Of a stretch of DNA of 21,114 nt, positions 20,604 through 21,114 are shown one piece after another. The position numbers and the translations under genes are program-made. This DNA is from Ancylonema sp. Taxonomy: Eukaryota. The stretch covers positions 62,001 through 83,114 of the forward strand of contig JBFLGF010000110.1 in the NCBI GenBank assembly GCA_050230475.1, in the 5' to 3' direction. The notes below the pieces were generated by a model. It saw only the letters and a program-made list of their open reading frames with translations. It did not search any database and had not been told where the DNA came from. Every line of letters starts with the position of its first letter. Position 1 is the first letter of the stretch.

Positions 20604-20635
20604 AGGTAGCTACATCTCCAGAGATGTAGCTACCT
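20604..20635. repeat. Perfect 15-bp inverted repeat upstream of BLOS1
   Basis: AGGTAGCTACATCTC-CA-GAGATGTAGCTACCT. Confidence 0.85.
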
Positions 20636-21114
20636 GCATATGCGCTACCTAGCAGCCAGATCATGCCGCGTGTGGAATCCCCTAGCACGTGCAAGCATGG
20701 CAGCCCGCAATCCTTGGATATCCTCTCCGGTCAAAGGTTTCCGGTCTCCGGATAAAGGTTTGGAATGCTGAGTCAGCATAATGCTGGTCTAGTAACCGGA
20801 CGCCCTGGGCAGTCATCATCCGGGAAAATGTGATGTACTTTTGCCGCAGTATCAGGGGCCCGGATACTGCGGGGCAGAATGCCCTGATTTAGGGCATTCT
20901 GCCTCGTACAAATTCGAAGATCGGCCGCATCTGCCACGTAGGAAATTACGAACCCCGGTTCGTGGCGCAATGAGGAAAAACATGAACATGAAAAACCAGG
21001 TTAACCGGGTTATTAGCGGCGAAACCAGCAGGGTGTGCCGGTATGCTCGACCAGCATTGGAGCATTGCTCGTTGTATGCGCACAATATTTTCAGGCAGCA
21101 CTGACTGTGCCACA

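Overview
This is eukaryotic nuclear DNA, most likely a streptophyte (charophyte alga or non-vascular plant; inferred from the plant-type EHD architecture, not proven). Almost all listed ORFs are spurious or are exons running into introns. Manual splicing gives three intact GT-AG genes. (1) A 16-coding-exon plant-type EHD ATPase on the minus strand (15259..3320, 548 aa). (2) A divergent 2-exon Selenoprotein S (SelS/VIMP)-like membrane protein on the plus strand (16803..17530, 135 aa). (3) A convergent 3-exon BLOS1/BLOC1S1 gene on the minus strand (20455..18491, 147 aa). Introns and intergenic DNA carry many non-autonomous DNA transposons (TA-flanked Tc1/mariner/pogo-type MITEs and one hAT-type element with telomere-like subterminal repeats), a minisatellite built from a transposon end, and several palindromes. 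The most striking observation is in the SelS-like protein: it lacks the Gly-rich selenocysteine tail and ends instead in an SHP-box-like motif followed by ...AEDEDLYS*, a near copy of the Cdc48/p97 C-terminus (PUB-interacting/HbYX motif). This suggests a membrane-anchored Cdc48-tail mimic.
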